Source of the DNA: an uncultured Bacteroides sp.
GTDB taxonomy: Bacteria > Bacteroidota > Bacteroidia > Bacteroidales > Muribaculaceae
Length of the DNA stretch: 64,000 bases
Assembly: GCA_964518705.1 (NCBI GenBank)
Contig: CAZFGV010000005.1
Location: 43,676 to 107,675, forward strand
Direction: 5' to 3'
The first letter of the stretch is position 1. Every line of letters starts with the position of its first letter. The notes beneath the pieces are model-generated. The model did not search any database. It was not told the DNA's origin and saw nothing but the letters and a program-made list of their open reading frames with translations. Shown in pieces: positions 46,641 through 55,355 of the stretch. The position numbers and the translations under genes are program-made.

Positions 46641-49133
46641 ATGAAACTAAGCGAATTACATACCGGACAAACGGGTATCGTTGTCAAAATCCATGGTCAT
46701 GGTGCTTTCCGTAAGCGTGTTATGGAAATGGGTTTTGTGCGCGGTCATACCGTTAAAGTCATTCTTCACGCTCCACTAAAAGACCCTATCAACTACAGTG
46801 TCCTAGGGTCTGAAGTGTCTTTACGCGCTGCCGAAGCGGCGATGATAGACGTTGTTTCTATCAACGACAATGAAGCTGCCGCCATAGGGTGCAACGCATT
46901 AACAGACGTCGATATTAATATCACTCCGCACGTAAACGAACACTTCGACCGCGAACGACACGTCATCAATGTCGTTCTCATCGGCAACCCCAACTGCGGC
47001 AAAACCACACTTTTCAACGCTGTCAGCGGTGCCCACGAACACACCGGTAACTATAGCGGTGTAACTGTCGACGCTAAAGGCCGCACGTTCAACTACGGCG
47101 GGTATCAAATAAATATCGTCGACCTTCCCGGAACCTACTCCCTCGCTTGCTATTCTCCCGAAGAGCTTTACGTTCGTAAATATCTCAAAGAAAACACCCC
47201 TGACGTTATTATAAACGTCGTCGATAGTTCTAACTTAGAGAGAAATCTTTATCTCACCACAGAACTTATCGACATGGACTATTCAATGGTAATAGCCTTG
47301 AATATGTATGATGAGTTACGCAAACAGGGTGCTGAGCTAAATTATGATGAACTGGGACGCATGATAGGCGTTCCTATGATTCCCGTAGTATCTCGCAACG
47401 GCAAGGGCATCAACGAACTTTTCGACACCGTTATAGCCGTTTACGAAGGCCATAACGACAGTGTCCGACACGTTCACGTAAATCTCGGCAACGACATCGA
47501 AGGTGCTGTGCGAAAGCTCGTTGACGCAATAAAAGCATCGCCATGGCTTTCTAAGCATTTCTCGCCTCGGTATCTCGCAATCAAACTTCTCGAGGGCGAC
47601 CACGAAATAGAAGACGAAATTCCGGCAATGGCGGCAAAACACCGACATGAGGATAAGGCTATATCATTCTTCCAACGCTTGCGTCACGGCAGAAAAAGTT
47701 GGCACAGTCACTTACCGTCAGGCATTAACGACCCCATAATCCTACTCCGCGACAAACTGCGCGCTCGCATTGAAAACATTCACAACGAAGATATATCTTC
47801 GATAGTAGCTGCCGAAAAATACGGTTTCGTCGCCGGTGCGTTGGCTGAAACTTTCGCTCCAGGAAAACGGCACAAAGGCAAAGCTTCGCGTGTTATTGAC
47901 AGTTTGGCAACAAACCGTCTACTCGGATTCCCTATATTCTTTGCCATTATGGCATTTATATTCTGGGCTACTTTCGCTCTAGGACAATATCCTATGGAGT
48001 GGATTGAATGTGCCGTAGCTTGGATTGCCGACATTGTCAACAAACTCATGCCTGCCGGACCCTTAAAAGACATGATTGCCGATGGTATAATCGGCGGCGT
48101 TGGCGGGGTGATTGTTTTCTTACCTAACATCCTTATCTTATTCTTCTGCATTTCGTTCATGGAAGACTCGGGCTATATGGCACGAGCAGCTTTTATCATG
48201 GACAAAGTTATGCACCGCATCGGACTTCACGGCAAATCTTTCATCCCGCTCATCATGGGCTTCGGCTGCAACGTCCCAGCAATATTGGCTTCTCGTAGCA
48301 TCGAAAGCCGCTCCAGCCGTATTATTACAGTTCTCATAAATCCTTTTATGAGCTGCTCGGCTCGATTGCCTATATATGTTCTGCTCATCGGCACCTTCTT
48401 CCCATCTCACGCAGGGATAGTAATGGCTGGACTATACTTCTGCGGAATAGGGGTAGCTATTATTACGGCACGAATGTTGCGAAAATCGTTCTTTAAAAAG
48501 GACGAAACGCCATTTGTCATGGAGCTCCCTCCTTATCGCGTGCCCACGCTAAAATCTTCGCTAACACACACGTGGGAGAAAGGCAAGCAATACCTTAAAA
48601 AGATGGGCGGCATTATTCTTTTCGCTAGCATCATCGTTTGGGCGCTTAACTACTTCCCTCTCCACCACGACGGCAGACACATCGACGACATCTACGAACT
48701 CATTGACGATGGCTCTATAAACCCGGCTCACGACTCTTACCTCGAAATGGCCGGCAAGGCAATCAACCCTATTATGGAGCCGCTCGGTTTCAACTGGAGA
48801 GCTACGGTAGCAGCTATGGCAGGAGTGCCTGCTAAAGAAATTGTGGTGTCAACATTAGGCGTACTTTACACCGGAACCGACGATGTTAGCGACTCTCGCT
48901 TAGGTAGCCGTCTACAAACGCCGGGACTAAACGGTAAACCCGATTTCGACCCCGCAGTAGCTCTCAGTTTTATGATATTCATACTCCTCTACTGCCCTTG
49001 TATAGCGACAGTTACAGCAATAGCTCGCGAAACAGGCTCATGGAAATATGCTGCGTTTAGCATAATTTACAACACCGCTGTAGCATGGCTTCTAGCTTTC
49101 GTTACATACCATATAGCTCAAATGATACTCTAA
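46641..49133 (+). CDS. feoB: ferrous iron transporter, FeoA-FeoB fusion
   Basis: N-terminal FeoA/SH3-like segment (LSELHTGQTGIVVKI), G-domain GNPNCGKTTLFN / DLPG, and a polytopic C-terminal gate domain. Confidence 0.9.
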   Translation: MKLSELHTGQTGIVVKIHGHGAFRKRVMEMGFVRGHTVKVILHAPLKDPINYSVLGSEVSLRAAEAAMIDVVSINDNEAAAIGCNALTDVDINITPHVNEHFDRERHVINVVLIGNPNCGKTTLFNAVSGAHEHTGNYSGVTVDAKGRTFNYGGYQINIVDLPGTYSLACYSPEELYVRKYLKENTPDVIINVVDSSNLERNLYLTTELIDMDYSMVIALNMYDELRKQGAELNYDELGRMIGVPMIPVVSRNGKGINELFDTVIAVYEGHNDSVRHVHVNLGNDIEGAVRKLVDAIKASPWLSKHFSPRYLAIKLLEGDHEIEDEIPAMAAKHRHEDKAISFFQRLRHGRKSWHSHLPSGINDPIILLRDKLRARIENIHNEDISSIVAAEKYGFVAGALAETFAPGKRHKGKASRVIDSLATNRLLGFPIFFAIMAFIFWATFALGQYPMEWIECAVAWIADIVNKLMPAGPLKDMIADGIIGGVGGVIVFLPNILILFFCISFMEDSGYMARAAFIMDKVMHRIGLHGKSFIPLIMGFGCNVPAILASRSIESRSSRIITVLINPFMSCSARLPIYVLLIGTFFPSHAGIVMAGLYFCGIGVAIITARMLRKSFFKKDETPFVMELPPYRVPTLKSSLTHTWEKGKQYLKKMGGIILFASIIVWALNYFPLHHDGRHIDDIYELIDDGSINPAHDSYLEMAGKAINPIMEPLGFNWRATVAAMAGVPAKEIVVSTLGVLYTGTDDVSDSRLGSRLQTPGLNGKPDFDPAVALSFMIFILLYCPCIATVTAIARETGSWKYAAFSIIYNTAVAWLLAFVTYHIAQMIL

Positions 49134-49134
49134 T

Positions 49135-50220
49135 ATGCACCTCCGTCGCCTTCTCTGCCTCACAACCATATTCCTCGGCGCAACGATAAGCTCCGAAGCT
49201 TGCACGTCTATGATTATAAGTGCTGCAGCATCAGCGTCAGGAAGGCCTATGATTTGGAAACATCGCGACACGAGCGCGGAATCAAATTTCGTTCATCGTG
49301 TCGACGCTCCCGGTGCGATTGGATATGTTGGACTATTCAACGGCGGAGACACATTATGCCTTGATGAAGCTTGGATGGGTATGAACGATGCCGGGTTTGC
49401 CATAATTAACACCGTAGCCTACAACTTGCCCGAAAACAATCCGGAATGGATTGATCGTGAAGGGTTTGTAATGGCAAAAGCATTGGCAACCTGCCGCACT
49501 GTCGATGATTTTCAAACCATGCTTGACAGCCTGCCTAAGCCCATGGGAGTACGCACTAATTTCGGCGTCTTGGATGCCAACGGGAACGGGGCATATTTCG
49601 AAACGGACGACTACAAATATGTACGCTACAATCTTTGCGACTCCCGCGAGGGCGTGATGATACGCACAAACTATGCCTACAGCGGCGAGGCTGACAAAGG
49701 CATGGGATACATCCGTCATCAAAACGTCATCGACCTCCTCGCGCCAATGATAAATTCCGGAAGCCTAACACCGGAAGTATTAACCGAAACGGTCAGTTGT
49801 GAGCTATACAACTCACTTACAGGCAAAAACCACAACGCCGACAGCTCCGAATGGACCATCGACCAAGACTTTGTACCCCGCCATTCATCAACAGCTTCTA
49901 TTGTCATCGAAGGCACACTTCCCGACGAAGCGCCTTCAGAGCAAATTATGTGGACAAACATCTCATATCCACCATGTTGTCACGTCGTTGCCGTTACCCT
50001 TGATAGCGTGCCCGCCGGAGTCGACGCTACCGCCAATGACGGCACTGCGCGGGCTCCTTTAGCTCTCGATGCTTTGGAATTAAAAGAATTAGTATTCCCC
50101 ATCACACGCGGAAACGGGCAACGATACATCAATCTAAACGCATACCGACAAATAAACGAAACTCAACGTAAACTATCCGAAACCGAATATTCTCGAATTC
50201 GATTCACACACAACAGATAA
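49135..50220 (+). CDS. secreted Ntn-hydrolase superfamily protein (C45 / acyltransferase-like or choloylglycine-hydrolase-like)
   Basis: Signal peptide followed directly by Cys (SSEAC|TSMII), with SGRPMIWKHRDT after it. This fits an N-terminal nucleophile Cys. The family assignment is tentative. Confidence 0.45.
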   Translation: MHLRRLLCLTTIFLGATISSEACTSMIISAAASASGRPMIWKHRDTSAESNFVHRVDAPGAIGYVGLFNGGDTLCLDEAWMGMNDAGFAIINTVAYNLPENNPEWIDREGFVMAKALATCRTVDDFQTMLDSLPKPMGVRTNFGVLDANGNGAYFETDDYKYVRYNLCDSREGVMIRTNYAYSGEADKGMGYIRHQNVIDLLAPMINSGSLTPEVLTETVSCELYNSLTGKNHNADSSEWTIDQDFVPRHSSTASIVIEGTLPDEAPSEQIMWTNISYPPCCHVVAVTLDSVPAGVDATANDGTARAPLALDALELKELVFPITRGNGQRYINLNAYRQINETQRKLSETEYSRIRFTHNR

Positions 50221-50364
50221 AACACTATCATCCAAATTAATTGGGCATTTTTTCGCAATAAATAGTCAAAAAAGCCCAAAGAGAACAATCGCTCACGACT
50301 AAATTTATTATGAAAATTTAGCGGAAATATTGGCTTATAACTTTGCTCTCACGCTATTTTTGCG

Positions 50365-50372
50365 TAATTTTG
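50365..50372 (+). promoter_or_regulatory. candidate -7 box (TAATTTTG) for pyrE
   Basis: Matches TAnnTTTG 27 nt upstream of the ATG at 50399. A second match, TATTTTTG, lies at 50355-50362. Confidence 0.3.
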
Positions 50373-50398
50373 CAAACCGAAACCAAAACAACATCACT

Positions 50399-51037
50399 AT
50401 GAAACAAGTAGCACACATGCTCGCCGAAAAGCTTCTGAAAATCAACGCAGTTAAGCTTCAGCCAGCCAATCCATTCGTATGGGCTTCCGGTTGGAACTCG
50501 CCTATTTACACCGACAACCGTCGTACTCTTTCGTACCCCGACGTTCGTACTTTCATCAAAATCGAACTCGTACGATTGATTTTGGAACAGTTCCCTGAAG
50601 TAGAAGCTGTTGCAGGCGTTGCCACAGGTGCTATCGCTCAAGGTGCACTCGTTGCAGACCAACTTAACGTTCCCTACGTTTACGTTCGCTCATCTCCCAA
50701 AGACCACGGTTTGGAAAACCTTATCGAAGGCGACCTTCGTCAAGGTCAGAAAGTCGTTGTCGTTGAAGACCTCGTAAGCACTGGTAAGAGCTCGCTAAAA
50801 GCTGTTGAAGCTGTTCGTAACGCCGGTGGTGAAGTTATTGGTATGGTGGCTTTGTTCACTTACGGATTCCCATTGGCTACTCAGAACTTCAAAGACGCCA
50901 ACGTTAACCTCTGCACTCTTTCTGACTACAACACCATGCTTGAAGTAGCTCTCGAAACAAACTACATCAAGGAAAGCGACATCGCTACTCTTCAGGAATG
51001 GCGTAACGATCCCGCAGCTTGGGTGCCCGAACGTTAA
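50399..51037 (+). CDS. pyrE: orotate phosphoribosyltransferase
   Basis: Start trimmed to MKQVAHMLAEKLL. PRPP loop VVVVEDLVSTGKSS. 212 aa. Confidence 0.9.
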   Translation: MKQVAHMLAEKLLKINAVKLQPANPFVWASGWNSPIYTDNRRTLSYPDVRTFIKIELVRLILEQFPEVEAVAGVATGAIAQGALVADQLNVPYVYVRSSPKDHGLENLIEGDLRQGQKVVVVEDLVSTGKSSLKAVEAVRNAGGEVIGMVALFTYGFPLATQNFKDANVNLCTLSDYNTMLEVALETNYIKESDIATLQEWRNDPAAWVPER

Positions 51038-51107
51038 TTTTTTCTTCTCATAATACAATCTTTACCACGGCCTTTGGTTGTGGTAAAGACTTTTTGCTTT
51101 TATAATA

Positions 51108-51518
51108 ATGGCTACATACACATCAAAACCCGTTGCCGTAAGTCTTACTCCCGAACAGCTCGTTGAAAAGTTTTCTGACTTTTCAAATATGCAATCGCGT
51201 ATGGAAGCGCTCCCCAAAGAACAGCGCGACCAAATCGGTGACGTTACTTTCACTAAAGACACTATTGAAATCAGCACTCCCCAAGTAGGCAAAATTATCA
51301 TGCGTGCCATCGAACGCACCGACCATTCTGTCGTTATGCAAGCTGAAAGCTCGCCCGTGCCTATGAAGATCGACATCCGTTTCCGCCCTGACGCTGCCGG
51401 TGCTGAAGTTACCAGCGCTATGGACGTTGACATCCCCGTTATGCTTCGTCCTCTCGTGGGCCCGGCTCTTCAAAAGGCTGTGGATCAATTCGGTACTCTT
51501 TTCGCTAAACTCGCTTAA
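51108..51518 (+). CDS. SRPBCC-superfamily (START/polyketide-cyclase-like) small protein
   Basis: 136 aa. The size and beta-rich pattern with a C-terminal helix fit SRPBCC. No signal peptide. Confidence 0.45.
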   Translation: MATYTSKPVAVSLTPEQLVEKFSDFSNMQSRMEALPKEQRDQIGDVTFTKDTIEISTPQVGKIIMRAIERTDHSVVMQAESSPVPMKIDIRFRPDAAGAEVTSAMDVDIPVMLRPLVGPALQKAVDQFGTLFAKLA

Positions 51519-52013
51519 GTGAAAAAAATACTCTCCGCTATCATACTTATCATGACGGTAACATTCTTGTTGCCGTCATGTCACACTATCGACGACGACC
51601 GCGTTCCGGTAACTGCTGTTAATATCGTTTTTAACACCGTTGCCGACTGGAATATTTACGGCGTCGCTGCTGCTACAGACTATCGACGTTTCATTCGCGA
51701 CGAGAGAATTCCCGCTAATTTTCCTTACACCGCTTCTACTTTTACCGGCTACGGCGGTATTTTATTGGTTTGCGACGTTTTAGGCAATCCTCAAGCCTTC
51801 GACCTCTGCTGCCCCGTTGAAGTAAAACCAACTGTTCGAGTTGCTATCGACAAAGACTCACAATTAGCCAAATGCCCTGTCTGCGGCAGCACTTACGACG
51901 TATTCTCCCTCCCCGGCACGCCTGTGGGCGGAAAAGCCGCTGATTACGGATACGGTTTGCGTAGATATAACGTCAGAAGCTCCGCTAACGCTTATAAGAC
52001 AGTAACTTACTAA
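51519..52013 (+). CDS. lipoprotein with two Cys knuckles (Rieske-fold-like, His-less)
   Basis: GTG start abutting the upstream stop. Lipobox LLPSC. Motif DLCCPVE..(20 aa)..KCPVCGSTYD. Confidence 0.5.
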   Translation: MKKILSAIILIMTVTFLLPSCHTIDDDRVPVTAVNIVFNTVADWNIYGVAAATDYRRFIRDERIPANFPYTASTFTGYGGILLVCDVLGNPQAFDLCCPVEVKPTVRVAIDKDSQLAKCPVCGSTYDVFSLPGTPVGGKAADYGYGLRRYNVRSSANAYKTVTY

Positions 52014-52017
52014 TACT

Positions 52018-52818
52018 ATGAACAAACACTACTTTATGCTTTGGGCGCTATTGGCCACAGCTTTCGCTGTTTTCGCCGTCGCTTCGGCTTTCGAAATGCC
52101 GTCAATTGGCGATCACACGCTTAAAAGTAGCGGCATTGCTCAAGCTCTTACTCCTCCCAAAATATCGCACGACACGATTCCTCTCTTGTCTGACTCAACA
52201 CTTGCGCCTAAGGATACAATCCCGGAGGTAACCTTCCCGGTGCCTGTTGATACTGCTGCGCAAACAATCCTTTTTATCGGAGACTCCATGCTCGAAGGAC
52301 TTAGCCCGAGAATGGCGGCTTATGCCGACAAAAACGGTCATACGCTTTACTGCGTAATGTGGTATAGCTCTACGTCGGAAGTTTGGGGAAAATCCACAAA
52401 ACTGCAATCTTACATTAAACGCCTCAAGCCTTCTTACGTTTTCATCAGCCTCGGTGCTAATGAGTTATTCGTAAAAAACATCACCGACAAGCGAGACAAA
52501 TACGTCAAGAAAATTATCGAAGATATCGACTCCATCCCTTATGTATGGATCGGCCCGCCCAACTGGAAACCTGACACCGGTATAAACGATCTTATCGACG
52601 CCAACACCCCCGAGGGCACATTCTTCCTCAGCAAAGATATGGACTTCGATCGCAGTAGCGACGGCGCACATCCAACACGAGCTTCTGCTATTGAATGGCT
52701 CGACTCGGTGATGCGTTGGATGCCGCAACACGCGCTCCACCCTATCAAAATGGACCTCCCCGACGTTAGCAAAAGCCGTCCGAAACGACTCTTTGTTCAC
52801 CAACCGTCCGAGAGCTGA
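52018..52818 (+). CDS. membrane-anchored SGNH/GDSL-family hydrolase or acyltransferase
   Basis: N-terminal TM helix and block I ILFIGDSMLEGL, with a later GANE block and a D..H-like C-terminal block (SSDGAHP). Confidence 0.65.
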   Translation: MNKHYFMLWALLATAFAVFAVASAFEMPSIGDHTLKSSGIAQALTPPKISHDTIPLLSDSTLAPKDTIPEVTFPVPVDTAAQTILFIGDSMLEGLSPRMAAYADKNGHTLYCVMWYSSTSEVWGKSTKLQSYIKRLKPSYVFISLGANELFVKNITDKRDKYVKKIIEDIDSIPYVWIGPPNWKPDTGINDLIDANTPEGTFFLSKDMDFDRSSDGAHPTRASAIEWLDSVMRWMPQHALHPIKMDLPDVSKSRPKRLFVHQPSES

Positions 52819-52819
52819 C

Positions 52820-54289
52820 ATGGAAGCATACTTTCAACAAATTATTTCGCTCCTAAGCTACGATGCCGAGCGGCCTATGCTGTTTTCCAGCGGCACTTTC
52901 TGGGCGTTGTTTTTAATCTTTATGCCTATCTACGGACTTCTAAAACGTAGATGGTGGCAAATGGCTCTTTTCACCGTAGCTTTCAGTTTCTATTTCTACT
53001 ACAAAAGCTCCGGCGTGTTTGTGGCTCTGCTTGGCGCTACATCTTTTATCGATTGGGGCTTATCACGCCTCATGGCAGCGCCAAATCGTTCTAAAGTCTT
53101 CCGTAAGGCTTGCGTGGCTGTGTCGTTATGTACTTCATTAGGAATTTTGGCTTATTTTAAATACGCCAACTTCTTCCTTTGGAACATTTCTGCGATGGTA
53201 GGTTCTAATTTCCAACCGCTAGACCTGATTCTCCCTGTTGGTATTTCCTTTTACACCTTCCAATCGGTAAGTTATATCGTCGACGTATACAAAGGCCGTG
53301 TCAAACCCACTGCAACATGGTTAGAATACGCTTTCTTCCTATCGTTTTTCCCGGCACTTGTAGCAGGTCCTATCGTTCGCGCCGATTACTTTTTGCCGCA
53401 AATACGTAAAAACGAAAGTGCTTCGCGATCGGAACTGTACAACGGATTATGGCTAATTATTCTCGGTGTGATAAAAAAAGCCATCATCGCCGACTACATA
53501 GCACAATACAACGACCTCATCTTCCAATCGCCCGGAACGTATTCCGGTTTCGAAACTTTAATGGGTATCATCGGTTACACCATGCAGATTTACTGCGACT
53601 TCTCCGGATACTCCGATATGGCTATAGGTTTGGCTTTAATTATGGGCTTTAAACTCGCTCCTAACTTCAATTTCCCATACAAATCACGCAACGTTACCGA
53701 CTTTTGGCGCCGTTGGCACATTTCGCTAAGCTCATGGCTTCGCGACTATATTTACATCCCGCTTGGCGGCAATAGAAAAGGCACGATTAGAACATATCTC
53801 AACAACTTCGCTACTATGCTTATCGGCGGTTTGTGGCATGGCGCGGCGTGGAAATTTGTTTTCTGGGGTGCTATGCATGGAGTCGGTTTGGCTATTCACA
53901 AAGCTTCGAAACCATACCTAAACCGCATTTCGGACTCTTGGCCGGTAAAAGCTATTTCTTGGTTTATCACCATGTCTTTCGTATCGGCGCTATGGGTATT
54001 CTTCCGCGCCGATTCATGGGCGGATTCGGTAACAATTATCGCTGCCGTTTTCAAAAACTTCGACTTGGCTTACATTCCAGTGTTCGCATCTGTACGATAT
54101 TTATGGCTCATTCTAATGGCTATAATAACCATTGCTCATATGCTCCCTACTGCATTTTGGAATCGCGCTGCTGAAATTTTCGTTAAATGTCCATGGGTGG
54201 CGAAACTATTTGTGTTCATGATTACTGTTCAACTCGTTTTAGAATTGCAGTCTGAAGACGTTTCTCCATTCATTTACTTCCAATTTTAA
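52820..54289 (+). CDS. MBOAT-family membrane-bound O-acyltransferase (AlgI/PatA/DltB-like)
   Basis: Start set to the ATG at 52820, 1 nt after the SGNH stop. Polytopic. Conserved RRWHISLSSWLRDYIYIPLGG and GLWHGA (catalytic His region). Confidence 0.85.
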   Translation: MEAYFQQIISLLSYDAERPMLFSSGTFWALFLIFMPIYGLLKRRWWQMALFTVAFSFYFYYKSSGVFVALLGATSFIDWGLSRLMAAPNRSKVFRKACVAVSLCTSLGILAYFKYANFFLWNISAMVGSNFQPLDLILPVGISFYTFQSVSYIVDVYKGRVKPTATWLEYAFFLSFFPALVAGPIVRADYFLPQIRKNESASRSELYNGLWLIILGVIKKAIIADYIAQYNDLIFQSPGTYSGFETLMGIIGYTMQIYCDFSGYSDMAIGLALIMGFKLAPNFNFPYKSRNVTDFWRRWHISLSSWLRDYIYIPLGGNRKGTIRTYLNNFATMLIGGLWHGAAWKFVFWGAMHGVGLAIHKASKPYLNRISDSWPVKAISWFITMSFVSALWVFFRADSWADSVTIIAAVFKNFDLAYIPVFASVRYLWLILMAIITIAHMLPTAFWNRAAEIFVKCPWVAKLFVFMITVQLVLELQSEDVSPFIYFQF

Positions 54290-54302
54290 ATCATAAAAAG
54301 TT

Positions 54303-54336
54303 AAAGCACGATATCTCGACATGATAACGTGCTTTT
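54303..54336. terminator. hairpin between convergent genes (possible bidirectional terminator)
   Basis: AAAGCACG / CGTGCTTT stem with a 17-nt loop, flanked by A/T runs. Confidence 0.4.
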
Positions 54337-54360
54337 AATCAATCATTTTTCCTTTAAATT

Positions 54361-55088
54361 CTATTTCGCAGCAATAATATTTCCGGCAGAATTGCTATCA
54401 ACTTCTAAGTTGGAGATTTTTGCATAGCATTTTATCACTGACGCTGAATTTGCTAAAAAATTAGCATTACCGACATTTCCATTCAATATTTTAACCTTCG
54501 ATGCTGAATTAGCTCCAGCTACAGTTTTCTTACATTGCATCGTATCAATCTTAATCACCGAAGCGGCAATAGCTGAAAGGTCTGATTCTTCACATTCTAC
54601 ATTTTGCACCTCCAATTTCGACACTGTCATAACATCAACATCCAATTCGTCACACGTAAGGCTAACGGCTTTTAATCGCGTATTTGTTATTACAAGTGAC
54701 GTAAATTTGTCTGTCTTAAAGGGGCTTTGAATATTAATGGTAGCATTTACCAATTGAAGTTCTTTCAGACCGCTCGATGCTATACGAATCTTAGGACGCT
54801 GTGAATGCAATATGTTTGAGACTTTATACGAGAGTGTCAGTGTGCCATCCTCTACATTTATTAATCTACATCAAATAGCGTTTTCGGGGCGGCATATTCT
54901 ACATACGCTATACTGTCAACAATATATTCGATATCGCAACCTTGGGCATTTATCGTCGTAAAATCCTCGACGTCATACCTCTCAATTCGCATATTGACAC
55001 TTTTTCTTTCGTGACCGAAGTAAAAAAAGCACATACATATAAATGCGGCAACGAAGGCTGCTAATAGTCAAAAATATAATAACTTCAT
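54361..55088 (-). pseudogene. disrupted GIN-domain (DUF2807, auto-transporter-adhesin-head-like) protein gene
   Basis: The N-terminal frame reads MKLLYF-TGA-LLAAFVAAFICMC...RIERYDVEDFTTINAQGCDIEYIV...APKTLFDVD-TAA-TAA. The remainder (..INVEDGTLTLSYK...IRIASSGLKELQL...) continues in another frame as the 149-aa ORF. That gives one in-frame stop (55070-55068) and one frameshift near 54856-54870. Confidence 0.5.
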
Positions 55089-55355
55089 TCATCTAGAATG
55101 AAATTGAGGTTACTAGCGCTATTGTCATCACTATTAACTTTTGATAAGGTGTTTTTTAGGATTGTAGTTTAAAATATGCTGTTTCTAACAGCTTTCAATA
55201 CATTAGACGTTATAACATCACAAAAATTACACTCACCACAAAAAATTTTGAAAAAAACTTTTTGCGCGTCAAAAGTTATGCACAGAAATTCCGGGACCTC
55301 CGATTAAAAACACCGAAAGCCCCTCTTTTTTTAAAGCAAAAAACTCAAAATAAAA

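Noticed and set aside
55068-55070. TGA recoding (selenocysteine or read-through) in the GIN-domain gene
   Set aside because: The TGA falls within a signal-peptide hydrophobic core, and I saw no SECIS-like hairpin downstream. TGA is an ordinary stop elsewhere in this window (for example pgi and the SGNH gene). The gene also has a second lesion, a frameshift.
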